From the human T2T-CHM13v2.0 reference genome, Homo sapiens: 64,000 nucleotides of DNA. Positions 1 through 17,037 of the stretch are shown here, piece after piece. The notes beneath the pieces are model-generated. The model was not told the origin of the DNA and ran no database searches. It saw only the letters and a list, made by a program, of their open reading frames with translations. The stretch is taken from the NCBI RefSeq assembly GCF_009914755.1, contig NC_060934.1, one strand, 5' to 3'. Position numbers and translations under genes: made by a program. Within the stretch, counting starts at the first letter, position 1; each line of letters opens with the position of its first letter.

Positions 1-2261
1 TATCAATGAAGGGCTATGGAATATGACAAGAGGCAGACATGTCTAAGCAATTCTGAGAAACTAAACAAAAATTATTCATTTGACACAGCCTCCTACATCA
101 TAGCAGTCAGGATACTCTACCGTTATTCTATCAGAAGAAATATACCATGAATAGGAATATCAATTAAGTTTCTGAACATCAACTAAGTACCTTGCTAAGT
201 CTCACCGGAGGTAGATAACAGAAGGAGTGGAAAGAAGTAAGACCTGAGACTTTACCTTTCACTAGCCAGTGATCTTAACCAAGTTTCCTAGCCTCTCTCG
301 GGTGGCATTTCCTTTTTTTTTTTTTTTTTTAATATCCTTTGCTTTATTGGATCTTCTCAACATCTCCAATAATTAGAAACATTATAAACCAAGAAGAACA
401 AAAGATAAGACTTAAGGCAAAGCCCATTTATAACTTTGGGGCCAGACACGGTATTAGATTATGATTCTGGGAACTAGGTGTTTCATATGCTGCCTCCAAC
501 TACTGTGACAAGGCATTTTGGAGGTAACAGCTCATTTGTCCACAGGAACAATGACACCAGAGCAACACAGAGGTCAGGACCTCCTGGTGGTTATACTCCA
601 GACTGTTCCATGATAAAGCTATGCCATCTTATCAGTACGATGACCACCACCAAGTGTCTCCAAGGTAAAGATAATGAATCTTTCCCTGACATCTCCACAG
701 GTCCTGTAAGACCCAAATAAATTCATATATGTTAAAGTACTTTATAAACTGTCCATCATTAACCAAATATAGAAGATAAAGGACCTATGAGCAACCTGAG
801 ACCAGCCTAACTAAAGATGCAGATACAAACTGGAAATAAGGCTGATGATTCAGGATGAAGTCAGGTATTAAAGTTTAATAGAAAGATTAGGAAATACTAT
901 GAAATAAAAATGTTAACTTAAAAATAAGGATGCAAATTCTTTCTCCTCTATGTCCCCCCGACACTTCATATACATTCTTCTACAAAATTTATTTTTATAC
1001 AGTAAAATTTATTTATACTTTTCCCAACCACATTAGCCTATTCTTCATCAACTCCATACTCCCAGCTCCCAGGCATGGTTCCTAGCACTTGATGATTTAT
1101 TAAATCCTGCTGAAGGAAAGGAGATGCAAAATCAATCTCACATGCTCCATTTACCTAGCATCCTTACTCCAGAAAGCGCAAGCAGCCCTCTCCACATTTA
1201 TTTACTTACTTATAAATTTTTTATCAGTTCTATTTATATATTTTTAAGCTTTATTTATTTATATTTTTACTTGAAAAAATTTTTTTGTAGAAACAGGGTC
1301 TCACCATGTTGTCTAGGCTGGTCTCAAACTCTTGGGCTCAGGCAATCCTTCTGCCTCGGCCTCCCAAAGTGCTAGGATTACAGGTATGAGCCACCGCTCA
1401 ATATATCCACTGCATGTAAATGTAAACAAAATCTACTGGAAGGATTTGTGCCAAATCTCCAGCTTAAGGAGAAAGGAGCTACACAAGAGAGGTGGTACAG
1501 GGAGACTCTCCCATTTCATTCCATATACAGTACTTCTGCACTGTTGGACTCCTTCAGAATATACATATTTTTTTAATGCAGTGAATCCACCTTAATAAAA
1601 TTTTAAAGTTTATGTTTTAACTCACCATAGTTTTGGGTCTCAAATCACTGTATAATTTTAACCAATTAACTATGTTCTTTTTCTCTAACCTATTCAAATA
1701 TCCAACCAACCAGGAAACGTTTAGCCCTTATGAAGAACACCTACGAAAATGAGATTTTCAACCTCCAACACTCAGTTATGACTTGATTATAGACAAGACA
1801 CTTTAAAAGACAAAAAATGTTGGCTGGGCATGATGGCTGATGCCTGTAATCCCAGCACTTTGGGAAGCCAAGGCGGGCAGATCACCAGGTCAAGAGATCG
1901 AGGCCAGCCATGATGACTCACGCCTGTAATCCCAGCACTTTAGGAGGCCAAGGTGGGCAGATCATGAGGTCAGGAGATCGAGACCATCCTGGCTAACATG
2001 GTGAAACCCCATCTCTACTAAAACACAAAAAAATTAGCCGGCGTGGTGACAGGTGCCTGTAGTCCCAGCCACTCAAGAGGCTGAGGCAGGAGAATGGCGT
2101 GAACCCGAGAGATGGAGGTTGCAGTGAGCCAAGATCGCACCACTGCACTCCAGCCTGGGCTACAGAGCGAGACTCCATCTCAAAAATAAATAAATAAATA
2201 AAAATTTAAAAAAAGAGATTGAGACCATCCTGGCCAACATGTTGAAACCCTATCTCTACTA

Positions 2262-2450
<189 letters not shown>

Positions 2451-4175
2451 TCAGATTTCAACTTAAACATTCTTTCACTAGACTTATCTTTTCCTAAGTC
2501 ATTTTTTAGGGAGCCAGAATACAAAAACTCCTCTATTTATGAACTTTCCAGTTTAAAAATGTCTCAGTCAGAAACTAAGCTGTTCCAGAATGAAAGCTCA
2601 TAGCTGCAACCAAAAGACAGTCCTAACCAGCAGCAAAGTTACTTATTTTATTTCATGTTCTCTATTAAAAGGTGTTTCCTACGCTTGGCTTAATTTTGAG
2701 TTTTAACAGTATGAACTCTATTATGCCATGGGTCAAAAACAATGAGAGTTTTGCAATGGGAATAAAAGGAAAGGTTACCTAAAAAAATGAAAATGTAAGA
2801 CAACCAAAAAAGGATTTGACAATTAAAAAAAATATATAATAAAATTAACAGTAAAAAAGAATTTGCTGACTTTTTTTTTTTTTGAGACGGAGTTTCGCTC
2901 TTTTGCCCAGGCAGTGCGGTGGCGTGATCTCGGCTCACTGCAAACTTCACCCTCCGGGTTCAAGCAATTATCCTGCCTACCTCCTGAGTAGCTGGGATTA
3001 CAGTTGAGCGCCACCATGCCTGGCTAATTTTTTTGTATTTTAGTAAAGATGGGGTTTAACCATGTTGGCCAGGCTGGTCTCAAACTCCTGACCTCAGGTG
3101 ATCCACCCGCCTCAACCTCCCAAGTGCTGGGATTACAGGCGTGAGCCACTGCGCCCCGCCAGATTTGCTGGCATTTCTAATGAGAAAGAATACAGATGCA
3201 GTATCTACGAAATCATGCATTAGCAAACAAGGATAAAAAATGACTAATTAAATCGAAAATTTTCAAGTGCACAGCTAGTGAATCAATGTGAACAAATATC
3301 AATTAGCCTGATATAATTTAGAATAGGGTCAGGCAGTTGCTGATGCACCAAATACACCTGACTATAGATAAAATCTTTTCCCATCTGTAAAATCTAAGAA
3401 AGAATGATGGGCTACTACACATAATCTCCATGGTTACTAAGACCTTCTTCTTCTAACACTTGTGAAAAGTGTCAAGGATACAGGTACTTGCCTCAATATT
3501 TTTCAATGACATCAAAACTGGTCTATGTTTGAAAGAGATGCCTGATAGAATATAAACTAGAAATGATAGGTGTGGTAGCGCATGCCTGTAATCCCAGATA
3601 CTAGGGAGGCTGAGGCAGGAGAATTGCCTCCCGGAGGTTGGAGTGAGCCAAGATTGCACTATTGCACTCCAGCCTGGGCAACAAGAGCAAAACTCCATCT
3701 CAAAAAAAAAAAAAAAAAAAGAAATGAAGACAACAGTATGCCTGGGTTTAAATGGTGGGAGGATGAACTCATATTCCTACCTGGAAGAAATACGTTGAGG
3801 GAAGGCAATATTAAGTCTCCCCTAACAATCATTTTGGACTTACTATAACCTTTAGATGCCACTTCTCCTCCAGTAGGAAAATGTCTACATTATGCTGCTG
3901 GAGTCTGGAATGGAAATCTGTCCTAACAGCTACTAAAAGAGAGAAAACCTTGAGTAAAAGTAAACTAGAACAGGGCCAGGTACAGTCTTTCTATTTATAC
4001 AAAGTCCAAAAATCAAAGAATTCACCATTGGCCGGTCACAGTGGCTCATACCTATAATCTCAGAACTTTAGGAGGCTGAGGTGGGGGGAATCACTTAAGA
4101 TCAGAAGTTCAAGACTAGCCTGGCCAACATGGTGAAACCCCATCTCTACCAAAAATACAAAAATTAGCCAGGTCA

Positions 4176-4334
<159 letters not shown>

Positions 4335-4387
4335 TTATTCTATTTATATAAAGTCCAAGAAAATTCACCATTTAAGAACCACAAAAG

Positions 4388-4730
<343 letters not shown>

Positions 4731-5949
4731 TCAGCACTTCAGGAGTGCCAAGGCACATGGAACACATGAGCCCAGGGGTTCGAGACCAGCTTGGCCAACA
4801 TGGCAAAACCCCATTTCTACCAAAAATACAAAAATTAGCCAGGCATGGTGGCGGGCACTTTTAATCCCAGACACTCGGGAGGCTGAGGTATGAGAATCAC
4901 TTGAACCTGGGAGGTGGAGGCTGCAATGAGCTGAGATCACTGCACTATGCCTAACAAAAAAAAGAACTACAACGCACTATGTCTAATAAAAAAAAAGAAC
5001 CACAAAAACAACAGGCACAAAAATCAAGATAGTAGTTAGCTCCTAGAGAAACGGGTGGGATTGTGAACTTAGAGGGTCACGTGTTTCGGGTGGGGGTTAT
5101 AGTGAATGTGGACAATGTTCTATTGTTCAATGTTCTATTGATAATGTAATTGCTTGCATTATAATTATTTGTGCAAAGGTGTATTTTATGAACTTGTCCA
5201 TATTTGTGTTATTCACACTCCCCATAAATGCATGCTAAAAGTTCAAATAATAACACATATTTGAAACAATGTGGAGGGACCTGTTTTTTCCTTTTCAAAG
5301 TATTTACATTGTATGGCCCTTAAAATTTCCACTTAAGATATTAAGGGTCAGAAGTGAACTTTATATTCTTGGGCAAAATAACAGGGAAAATGATGGAATT
5401 TTACCTTATAACAATTAGTAGCATAGTCTTTTATTTATTTATTTTTGAAACGGAGCCTTGCTCTTATTGCCCAGGCTGTAGTGCAATGGCCCGATCTTGG
5501 CTCACTGCAACCTCTGCCTCCCAGGGTTTAAGCAATTCTCCTGCCTCAGCCTCCCAAGTAGCTGAGATTCCAGGCACCCACAACCACGCCCAGCTAATTT
5601 TTGTATTTTTAGTAGAGACGAGGTTTCGCCATGTTGGTCAGGCTGGTCTCGAACTCCTGACCTCATAATCCGCCTGCCTCAGCCTATCAAACTGCTTGAA
5701 TTGTAGGCGTGAGACAACGTGCCCGGCCTGTACTCTTTAATCATTATTTTTGCAGACTTTTTATTTTGGGGGTGAGAGAAAATTCATGATCAGGTGAAAA
5801 ATAACTGGCCCAGCCACCAGCTGGGCAAGGTGGCTCACACCTGTAATCCTAGCACTTTGGGAGGCCAAGGTGGGAGAAGTGATTGAGCCCAGGAGCTCGA
5901 GATCAGCCTGGGCAACATAGTGAGAACTCACCTCTACAAAAAAATTTTA

Positions 5950-6216
<267 letters not shown>

Positions 6217-7654
6217 CTATTTCAAAACCACTTAAAAACCAAGAAATTCACTGTCGATTCTGTACAATGATGAAGAACACATTTTAATTATTTTTTCTTT
6301 ACCTCCTGTTCATTTTCCCTCTTCTTGCTCTTCTTGTAGTCATCTATAACCAACTCCTCTTCCCTCTCTGCTCCTTGTTTTAGCTAAAATATCCTTAAAA
6401 GCACCTATGAACTTGCCTAGCCCAATCTCACTAACACACAAGTAGCAACACTTTTTCAACTTTTATTAAGATTCTTGCCCCAAATCAATCCATAATGTTC
6501 CACAGAAAAATTAGCTATCTAATTCAAAGGCAGAATCTATATTGGTTATCCTCTAGATATACTGGAAAGCATAGGAAATTGGATCTTTAAGATACTATAT
6601 TCAAGTCTGTGGTCCATCAATTACTACCCGTATGACCCTGGGCAAATAAGTCCCTTACCTCTGAGATCAGTTTCCTTATCCGTTACAGTCAAGTAATTAT
6701 TTTTGCCCCACTGATCTGATAGACTTGTTTGAGGTATCAAACAACATAAAAAATATAAAAGATCTTTTCAAACTTTGAAGCCTTCCAAAATGTCATCACC
6801 CTTTTACATATCTTCAGTGCCCAGAACATAGTTGGCTTAACAAACTTTTCTTACTGCCTACTGCAGTTGTAATGAATTAAATGGTTTTCTGTTGGTCTAA
6901 AGAACTTTACTCTTCTTGCATCCACATTCAGCTTAATATTAACAACTGAATTAGGCATTCAGAACAAGCTGAACTACTATCTTATGAAATCAGAGCTTTT
7001 CTAAAGAATGTACGCCCCATATAATGAGGGCAGCCCTTCTGTAGCCCCAGAAGATTGCTAGAGAGGGCAGCACTAGTTAGGTCTAGCAGATCACTGTCAT
7101 GGAGGAACACAGGAAACTAGGCTTCAGGGCATCCTAGAGAAATCACCAATCTGCATTGTTACATAAAACTCTCAATTCACACATGTAGGCAATCTAATGA
7201 AAAACACGCTTCCACCCCAGTCACTGAACTTGCTGTTCACTCTCCAGCAAGCACACTCTTCCCCCCAAAATCACATGGCTTGCTCCCTCGCTGCATTCCA
7301 GTCTCTGCTCTAATGTCACCATCCTCAGGGAGGCCTTCCTTGGCCACCCATTCTAAAAGAGCAGCACCCACACAGGTGCTCCAAGCCTCCCCCACGTCCT
7401 TATCCTGCTTTCATTTATCACGACCTCTTCTTGAAAGCAATGACATTAGATTTTTTTTTTTACCTGTTTAGTGTCTATTTCTATTTTTATAATAGAAAGG
7501 AATTTTTTTTTGTTCACCAACTGTATTCCCAAAGCCTAAAGTAGTCCTTGACAGATACTAAGTACTCAACAAATACTTGTTGAATGAAAGGTTATCAAAT
7601 ACTGATTGCCATAAAAGAGGTGATGAACTTGGAAATGTAGATGATAATATATTA

Positions 7655-7927
<273 letters not shown>

Positions 7928-7937
7928 TTAGCAATAA

Positions 7938-8269
<332 letters not shown>

Positions 8270-8778
8270 AGTTATTTGTTTTTAAAGCACTACATAATTA
8301 AATAGCATGATATATGCAAGGAGTGAGAAAAGAACCCGGCACACAACAAAATGTTAGCTACCATCTTTTCATGACTATCCAGACAAGAAATTTCACAGAC
8401 TATTTACATTCATTACAAGCTCTAGGAAATGGAAAGCTTCTAGTACAAATTATTTATGATCAAGGGTATAGTTTCAAAGATTTATAGTCCTCATTTAATA
8501 TTGCGAGGGAAAGAAACGGGGACCCACTTAACCAAAAGGCCAACTTCCATCATGGGAAATAATGCAGGACATTCAACCGAAAGGTTTTGGCCCCAAATCC
8601 TTGTGGTTTGCACTCCTGAAAGTGGGGAATGAGGCAGCATGCAAGGGAATATGAGAAGACACAAGAAAATGAAAGGCTTTACCTTCCTGGAGCATCAGTA
8701 TAAGATTAGGGAAGAAATTTACATTTATATTAAACCAAACAGGGATGAATTATGGAGTAGAATATAAAATTCACATGA

Positions 8779-9045
<267 letters not shown>

Positions 9046-10029
9046 TGAACCTCCCGAGTAGCTGGGACTACAGGCGCCCGCCACCATGCCCGGCTCATTT
9101 TTTGTATTTTTAGTAGAGACGGGGTTTCACCATGTTAGCCAGGATGGCCTTCATCTCCTGACCTCGTGATCCGCCCACCTCGGCCTCCCAAAGTGCAGGG
9201 ATTACAGGCGTGAGCCACTGCACCTGGCCCAGAATGGGCTTTTAAGGGAGTTCAAAGACTCCTGCCTCAGACAAACTGCATTTAGGAATTAGCTGGTTTC
9301 TGGAACAAAAGGGTCCCAAATTAAAAGAGAAACTTTCTAAGCTAAATGTAATTGCTCAAAGGAACATTTTTCTGGCAAATGTTTTAACAGCCTCCCTCAT
9401 GTCTCCCCTTATTAGCAGGACTGTAAGACACCAACCTAGTCTGTAGCCAAGGCCAAAAAAGGATGAAACATCTTTTCTCGTCTCCCATCATAGGGGAAAG
9501 GGGAGGCAGAGAATGGGGAGGAGGGAATGATGCATAAAGAGAATGGGCAAAGGGAGCGGGTAGGATGGCGGCCGCACCACCAGCCACGGACTGGGAGAGG
9601 CCCTTCTGTGTTTCCAGATGAGAAGAGAGCTCAAGGAATCCCAGGAATAGACTCCATGGAAAAGAATGAAAAAAATCAGAGAAAAGCCAAATATCCAAAA
9701 GAGGGTATGCCTTGTTGAACCACATCCTCTTTCCTCAACATTCCAAAGCCTCCACCTCCTGGCCTTCAACTCATTCCCGAACTATCTATAACGGATTAGC
9801 AGCGATTTTACTCTGCAAAATTGAGGGGAAGGTGAGAGTGGAGGAGGTGGGAGAACCTACTGAGTTTCCTAAGCTCTAAATAAGGGAATTAACCATGCCT
9901 CCTTCTCTTCCTTGTTTACTACATCCTATCATCAACTGTGCACATGAGTATTTCCTGAATCCATCCATACTTGTATAGCCCTACAAATGATCCGGAATCA
10001 GGCCCTCAGCAGAAATAGTAACAGTTAAT

Positions 10030-10600
<571 letters not shown>

Positions 10601-10624
10601 CAACCATGCTACCTCACTAACATG

Positions 10625-10710
10625 CTTGGTGAATACTTACTCCTTGCCAGGCACCATTCCAAGCTCTGAGGATACAGTGGACAAAACAAAGTTCTTGACT
10701 TCAAGATCAG
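10625..10710. mobile_element. L2 3'-end fragment hosting the MVPGKE ATG and donor
   Basis: gaatacttactccttgccaggcaccattccaagctctgaggatacagtggacaaaaca resembles the L2 terminus. Confidence 0.6.
10641..10657 (-). CDS. CUL2: Second alternative CUL2 N-terminal segment ([17 protein letters not shown])
   Basis: ggaATGGTGCCTGGCAAGGA|GTAAGT: good Kozak context and strong donor; 17 nt joins in frame to the exon at 7901. Confidence 0.75.
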
Positions 10711-10753
10711 AATCTCAGATCTTGCCCTTATCAAAGACACAAAAATAACCTAC

Positions 10754-10788
10754 CTAAGCCAAAAAGTTGACCATGTTACTCTGTACAT
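10754..10788 (-). CDS. CUL2: Alternative CUL2 upstream coding segment (N-terminal extension [23 protein letters not shown])
   Basis: ATG at 10788, 11 codons plus AG, then donor TTAG|GTAGGT. Joining to 7901 gives AG|A TTT CAA CAC TAC ACT TGC ACA ATG in frame. Matches my recollection of the longer CUL2 isoform. Confidence 0.85.
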
Positions 10789-12194
10789 AAAGTACAAAGT
10801 TTGTTGTTTCCTTCTACAGACAGCATTCAGTTTGGGCTCAACTGCAACATGGCACCCAAGCTTCCTCTCCTCCTGGTACTCCCTACTGTGACATCATAAT
10901 CTAGGAACTTCTCTCTGCTTAGAGATCACTGAACACATCAGCCTGATTCATACACTTGCCTTTACCCTTACTATTTTCTCTACCTAAAGTGCTTATCTTT
11001 TCCTTAGCTGCCCCCTCCACCCATTCCACCTAACTCCCACTGATAGTCTAACCTTGGTCCACTAGCTTTTTTTTTGTTTGTTCCTGAGACAGAGTCTCCC
11101 TCTGTCACCCAGGCTCGAGTGCACTGCAACCTCCACCTCCCACGTTCAAGTGATTCACCTGCCACAGCCTCTCAAGGAGCTGGGGGATTACAGGCGTGAG
11201 CCATCGCACCCTAATTTTTGTATTGTTAATAGAGACAGGGTTTCACCATGTTGGCCAGGCTGGTCTCGAACTCCTGAGGCTCAAGTGATCCGCCCGCCTT
11301 GGCCTCCCAAAGTGCTGGGATTATAGGTGTGAGCCATTGTGCCCGGCCTTCATCTGCTTTTAAGAAACTTTCTTGGACCATTTAAGCTAGGTAAGGTGTC
11401 CTATCATAGGTATTACCTGAGAACTCCACACTTTCCTCTATTAGAGTACTTCATCGCTCTGAACTGTAATTACCTGAGTGTTTCTGAGAGTGGGGACAAT
11501 TCTGTAACTGCGTACCAAAAAGCTAGCGATGCTCCCCTCACATTCGCTTTCTCCTCTTATAAAATGGAATCATATTATACACACTGCTTGTAAATTAGTT
11601 TAACAGTTGCACAGACTTTTTTTGCTTTATGGAATCAGACTGACACTGACTTCTCTGTTGAGACTGATAGATTTCTGGTACCATAGGAAAATACAGTTAC
11701 AATCCATGCTTGGATGGATAGCAAATCTGGAAGCCAACGTGCAAGAAGCACCAGCCTCGTGAAACACACCAAAAACTGACAAACCAATAGCAGGAAGGTA
11801 TGCTGAGACAGTCTGTCAAGATTCTCTGCTTGCCCAGCAGAAAGCTCATATAACTAGGAAAATTAAGTTTCTTAAAAATGTTTAATAATAACATTCAGGG
11901 AAAGTTTACACAAGGATGTGAAAGAGACAGGGCAAAGAAGAAAAAGGACCACAGTCACACTATTTCTACCCCCCAAGCTGTCAAACAACTCATAAATCTA
12001 TCAGTCTTGTTCTTCATTCCTGTGCCTTAACGAGATTCCCACGCGCACTCAGATTGTGTCCCATCAAGTTAACTGCAAAAATCCAAATCTCCTGAAATCA
12101 CCACAGTCCCTTTTAGTTTCCTTGTGAGTTCCACTCTTGCAACAATGGGGTTTTAGACACACAGGTCCAGTGGCTAGGGCCACTTATGGGCCCT

Positions 12195-12198
<4 letters not shown>

Positions 12199-12243
<45 letters not shown>
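12199..12243 (+). repeat. (CA)n microsatellite, about 22 units
   Basis: Seen directly. Confidence 0.98.
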
Positions 12244-12247
<4 letters not shown>

Positions 12248-12444
12248 GCTCCACATTTTTAAAAATTGCAAAATAAAAATTTATATTTAATTACCTGTTT
12301 CCAGAAAACATTATGTCAACATTAATACAATATTTGCAACATTTTTATTACATTTGAAAACACTTGTAGATTTGATTTCCTCACAGCATAATTTCTAAAT
12401 ATGCATGATTGTCAATAATAATTACAAAAGTGAATTATAAAACG

Positions 12445-12990
12445 CAGCTACCATATGACCCAGCAATTCCACTCCGAAGTATAAAGAGAAATAAAACTCC
12501 CAAGAGAAATACAACATATTCACATAAAAACTGGTACACAAATGTTCACTGTAGTATTATTCATAAAGGCCCTTGAAATAGCTCAAGTGTCTATCAACTG
12601 ATAAATGGTTAAAATGCAATATAGCCATACAATAAATTATTATTTGGCAATACGAGGAAATGAAGTACTGATACACACTATCACATGGATGACCCTCAAA
12701 AACATTCTACTAAGTGAATGAAGAGGGCCACAAAATAGCCACATAACGTATGAATCTATTTATATAGATTATCAAGAATAGGCAAATCTAGAGACAGAAA
12801 GTATGTGAGTGGTTGACTAGGGAACTTGGGGGGAAAATGGGAAATGACTGCCAACAGGGTGAGGAAAATGCTCTAAAGTTGATTGTCATGATAGTTGCAC
12901 AACTCTGGGAATATACTAAAAACCATTAAATTGTATATTTCAAATAGGTAAACTGAATGGTATGTGACGTATATCTCAATAAAGCTGCTA
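12445..12990 (+). mobile_element. Old L1 (L1M-type) 3' end
   Basis: ccatatgacccagcaattccactc motif, typical L1M 3'UTR, ending tatatctcaataaagctg. Confidence 0.85.
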
Positions 12991-13327
12991 TACATTTAAC
13001 AATGAATTATAAAATCCTGCCAAAAATTTTAGAGCAATTTAACGGGGATGAGGTGGAAGTAAGTATCAATACATCCATATGGTCATTTAGCATAAAATTC
13101 TGAAATCTCAATCTCTCTCCCACCACTCCCGTGTACGACCTCATTGCCACCTCCCATTGAATGAGGCAATAAATGTTATATGTTCCTGGGTGTATTTTAT
13201 ACATATATGTGATTTGTTACTCCCTTTTACATAATATAAACATGGTATTTTTTTCATCTGTTTTACATAAATGGTATACTATTCAGATTGTTATATATCT
13301 GCTTTTTTCTCTTAAAAGTATATTTGT

Positions 13328-14424
<1,097 letters not shown>

Positions 14425-14804
14425 TTACAGATGTAATGATATGCTGTCTGAAATCTGCTTCACAATTAAACAGCTTGCTCATGAGTTGATAACTGTTAAG
14501 GATGAATAAAAGGGACATGGGGATTTATTACAATATTCTTTTTTTGTATGTGTTTACAATTTTCCATAATAAAGGAATTTAAAAATCCTACTCCTCATAA
14601 ACATTAATATTTTCATAAATTTAGGGGAGAAAGCACATCATCTCTAACTGAAAGCCGTTACTAACCTTCCCTTCTGAGAATCTTAACTTTCCTGTGAGTT
14701 TTAGGTTTCCAAAGTTGTAGGAGAGCTCACAAAACACATGGTACTGTCCCTAAATGTGATGTGTTAACATAGCCTGACAAAATGTCCACCCCTAAAAAAC
14801 TTAA

Positions 14805-15227
<423 letters not shown>

Positions 15228-15584
15228 TAATTTCAGCAGGTAAAAGTTACAGTATCTCAAAAGATGCATTTTGGTGTTTTGTATTTTACTTACCTTCTAA
15301 AAGTATAATTATCAATAATGTAAATGGCTAACCACTTACTATTTTGATTCTCTTTATAGTGAACAAAACTCCTGAATGACGATTTATTTCAGTACTGATC
15401 AGCAGCACCAATAAAAATTTGGCATCCAAAAATTATCAGTAAGATACAATAGAGTGGTCTAAGTTGACTTCAGATAGTTAAGACACCATAATTAGTTTTT
15501 TAAATGCCACTCAATAGGCTTAGAGCAGATTTCCTTCCAAATGCATAAAATGAGAAAATACTGAAGACCCAATAAAGAGCCTTA

Positions 15585-16699
15585 CAGCAGTCCCCTGCCT
15601 TATCCAAGGGGATACGTTTCAAGATCCCCAGGAATGCCCGAAACTATGTTTTTTCATATACATACATACCTATGATAAAGTTTATTATATAAATCAAGCA
15701 CAGTAAGAGATTAACAAAAACTAGCAGTAAGATATAACAATTATAACAATATGCTATAATAAAAGTTACATGACCATGGTCTCTCAGAATATCTCACTGT
15801 GCTGTACTCGCCCTTCTTGTGAAGGTGTGAGACAATACAATGCCTATGTAATGAGATGAAGTGAGGTGAGTGACACATGCATCGGAAGGTCGGCATTGGG
15901 CTACTTACTACTGACCTTCTGTATTCCTGAATATGTGTTACAGTCCCTGACTTAGAGTAAATGGTTTGGTGTCATTCGTCTCTGGGGATCCCTTGCTGAG
16001 TCTTCAAATAGGCTCATTGCTTTCTGGCACAGTATGTTGCCATCAAGTGGAACTTGTCTCTGCTCATGTCTTCCACCCACCAGTGTAATGCCTTTTCCAA
16101 ATTAACTAAGCACTTATTACACGATATAACTATCACTTTTACAGATTGAGATTTGACAGCAAAACTAGTAAGAATTTCTTTCTTCACAATTTCTTTTCTT
16201 TCATAATTGTGAAGAAAAAGAAATTCTTATTAGACCTGCTTACAGTAGGTCTTAGCAATCTCAGTCTATTATTTTTTTCTTTCCTCATTGAGAACTTTCA
16301 ACTTTTCGTGTAAAGGAAGCACTCTATGGCAGAAGCCTCTCTGGTGTATCCATATTGCTAGGATCACTACTCCTGTACTTTGGGGGCCCTTACTAAGTAA
16401 AATCAGGGTGACTTGAACACAAATACTGCAAAACTGCAACAGTCTATCTGATAATCAAGACAGCTACTAAGTGACTAATGGCAGGAGGCATCCACAGCGT
16501 AGAGATGCTGGACAAAGGGATGATTCACGTCTGAGCAGGACAGTGCAAGATTTCATCACACTACTGAGGACAGTACAGAATTTAATTATGAGTTATTTCT
16601 GAAATTTTCCATTTAATATTTGCAGACCCCATTGACCGTGGGTAACTAAAATGCAGAAAACAAAACTGTGAATAAGGGAGGCAGGGAAGTGGAATACCA
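15585..16699. mobile_element. TcMar-Tigger DNA transposon (Tigger7/MER44 family)
   Basis: Starts TA|CAGCAGTCCCC..CTTATCC; ends with a degenerate inverted terminus (gtgaataagggagg...); internal sequence resembles MER44/Tigger7. Confidence 0.8.
16158..16240 (-). ncRNA. MIR3611: MIR3611 precursor hairpin (intronic, same strand as CUL2)
   Basis: Minus strand AGCAGGTCTAATAAGAATTTCTTTTTCTTCACAATTATGAAAGAAAAGAAATTGTGAAGAAAGAAATTCTTACTAGTTTTGCT folds into a long stem and contains TTGTGAAGAAAGAAATTCTTA, which I recall as miR-3611. Confidence 0.88.
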
Positions 16700-16994
16700 T
16701 ATTAACTTGGCATTATTTTCCATTTCCATAGGTGGGCCCAAAGCTGCCAATGGTGCACAATGACCAAATATGTTGCCATCATTTAATATTAAAATAAGCT
16801 CCAAGAATGCATCTAAACATTTTCATCTTGCTGTATCAAATGAGCAAGCCACTGGATGTAACTAAGAATGCCCTTTCTTATTTGGAGGTTAAGGGTGCAA
16901 TGTTTTTTGTTGCACTAAGGTTTGACCCACAGAGCTCTAAGTACTCCATAAACAACATTTCCATCATGACTTTCTGGCTTTAGAATTCCTATTT

Positions 16995-17037
<43 letters not shown>

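Noticed and set aside
8676-8700. Minus-strand ATGCTCCAGGAAG|GTAAAG as another CUL2 coding exon
   Set aside because: The ATG is out of frame with the 7901 exon, and there is no support beyond a donor-like motif.
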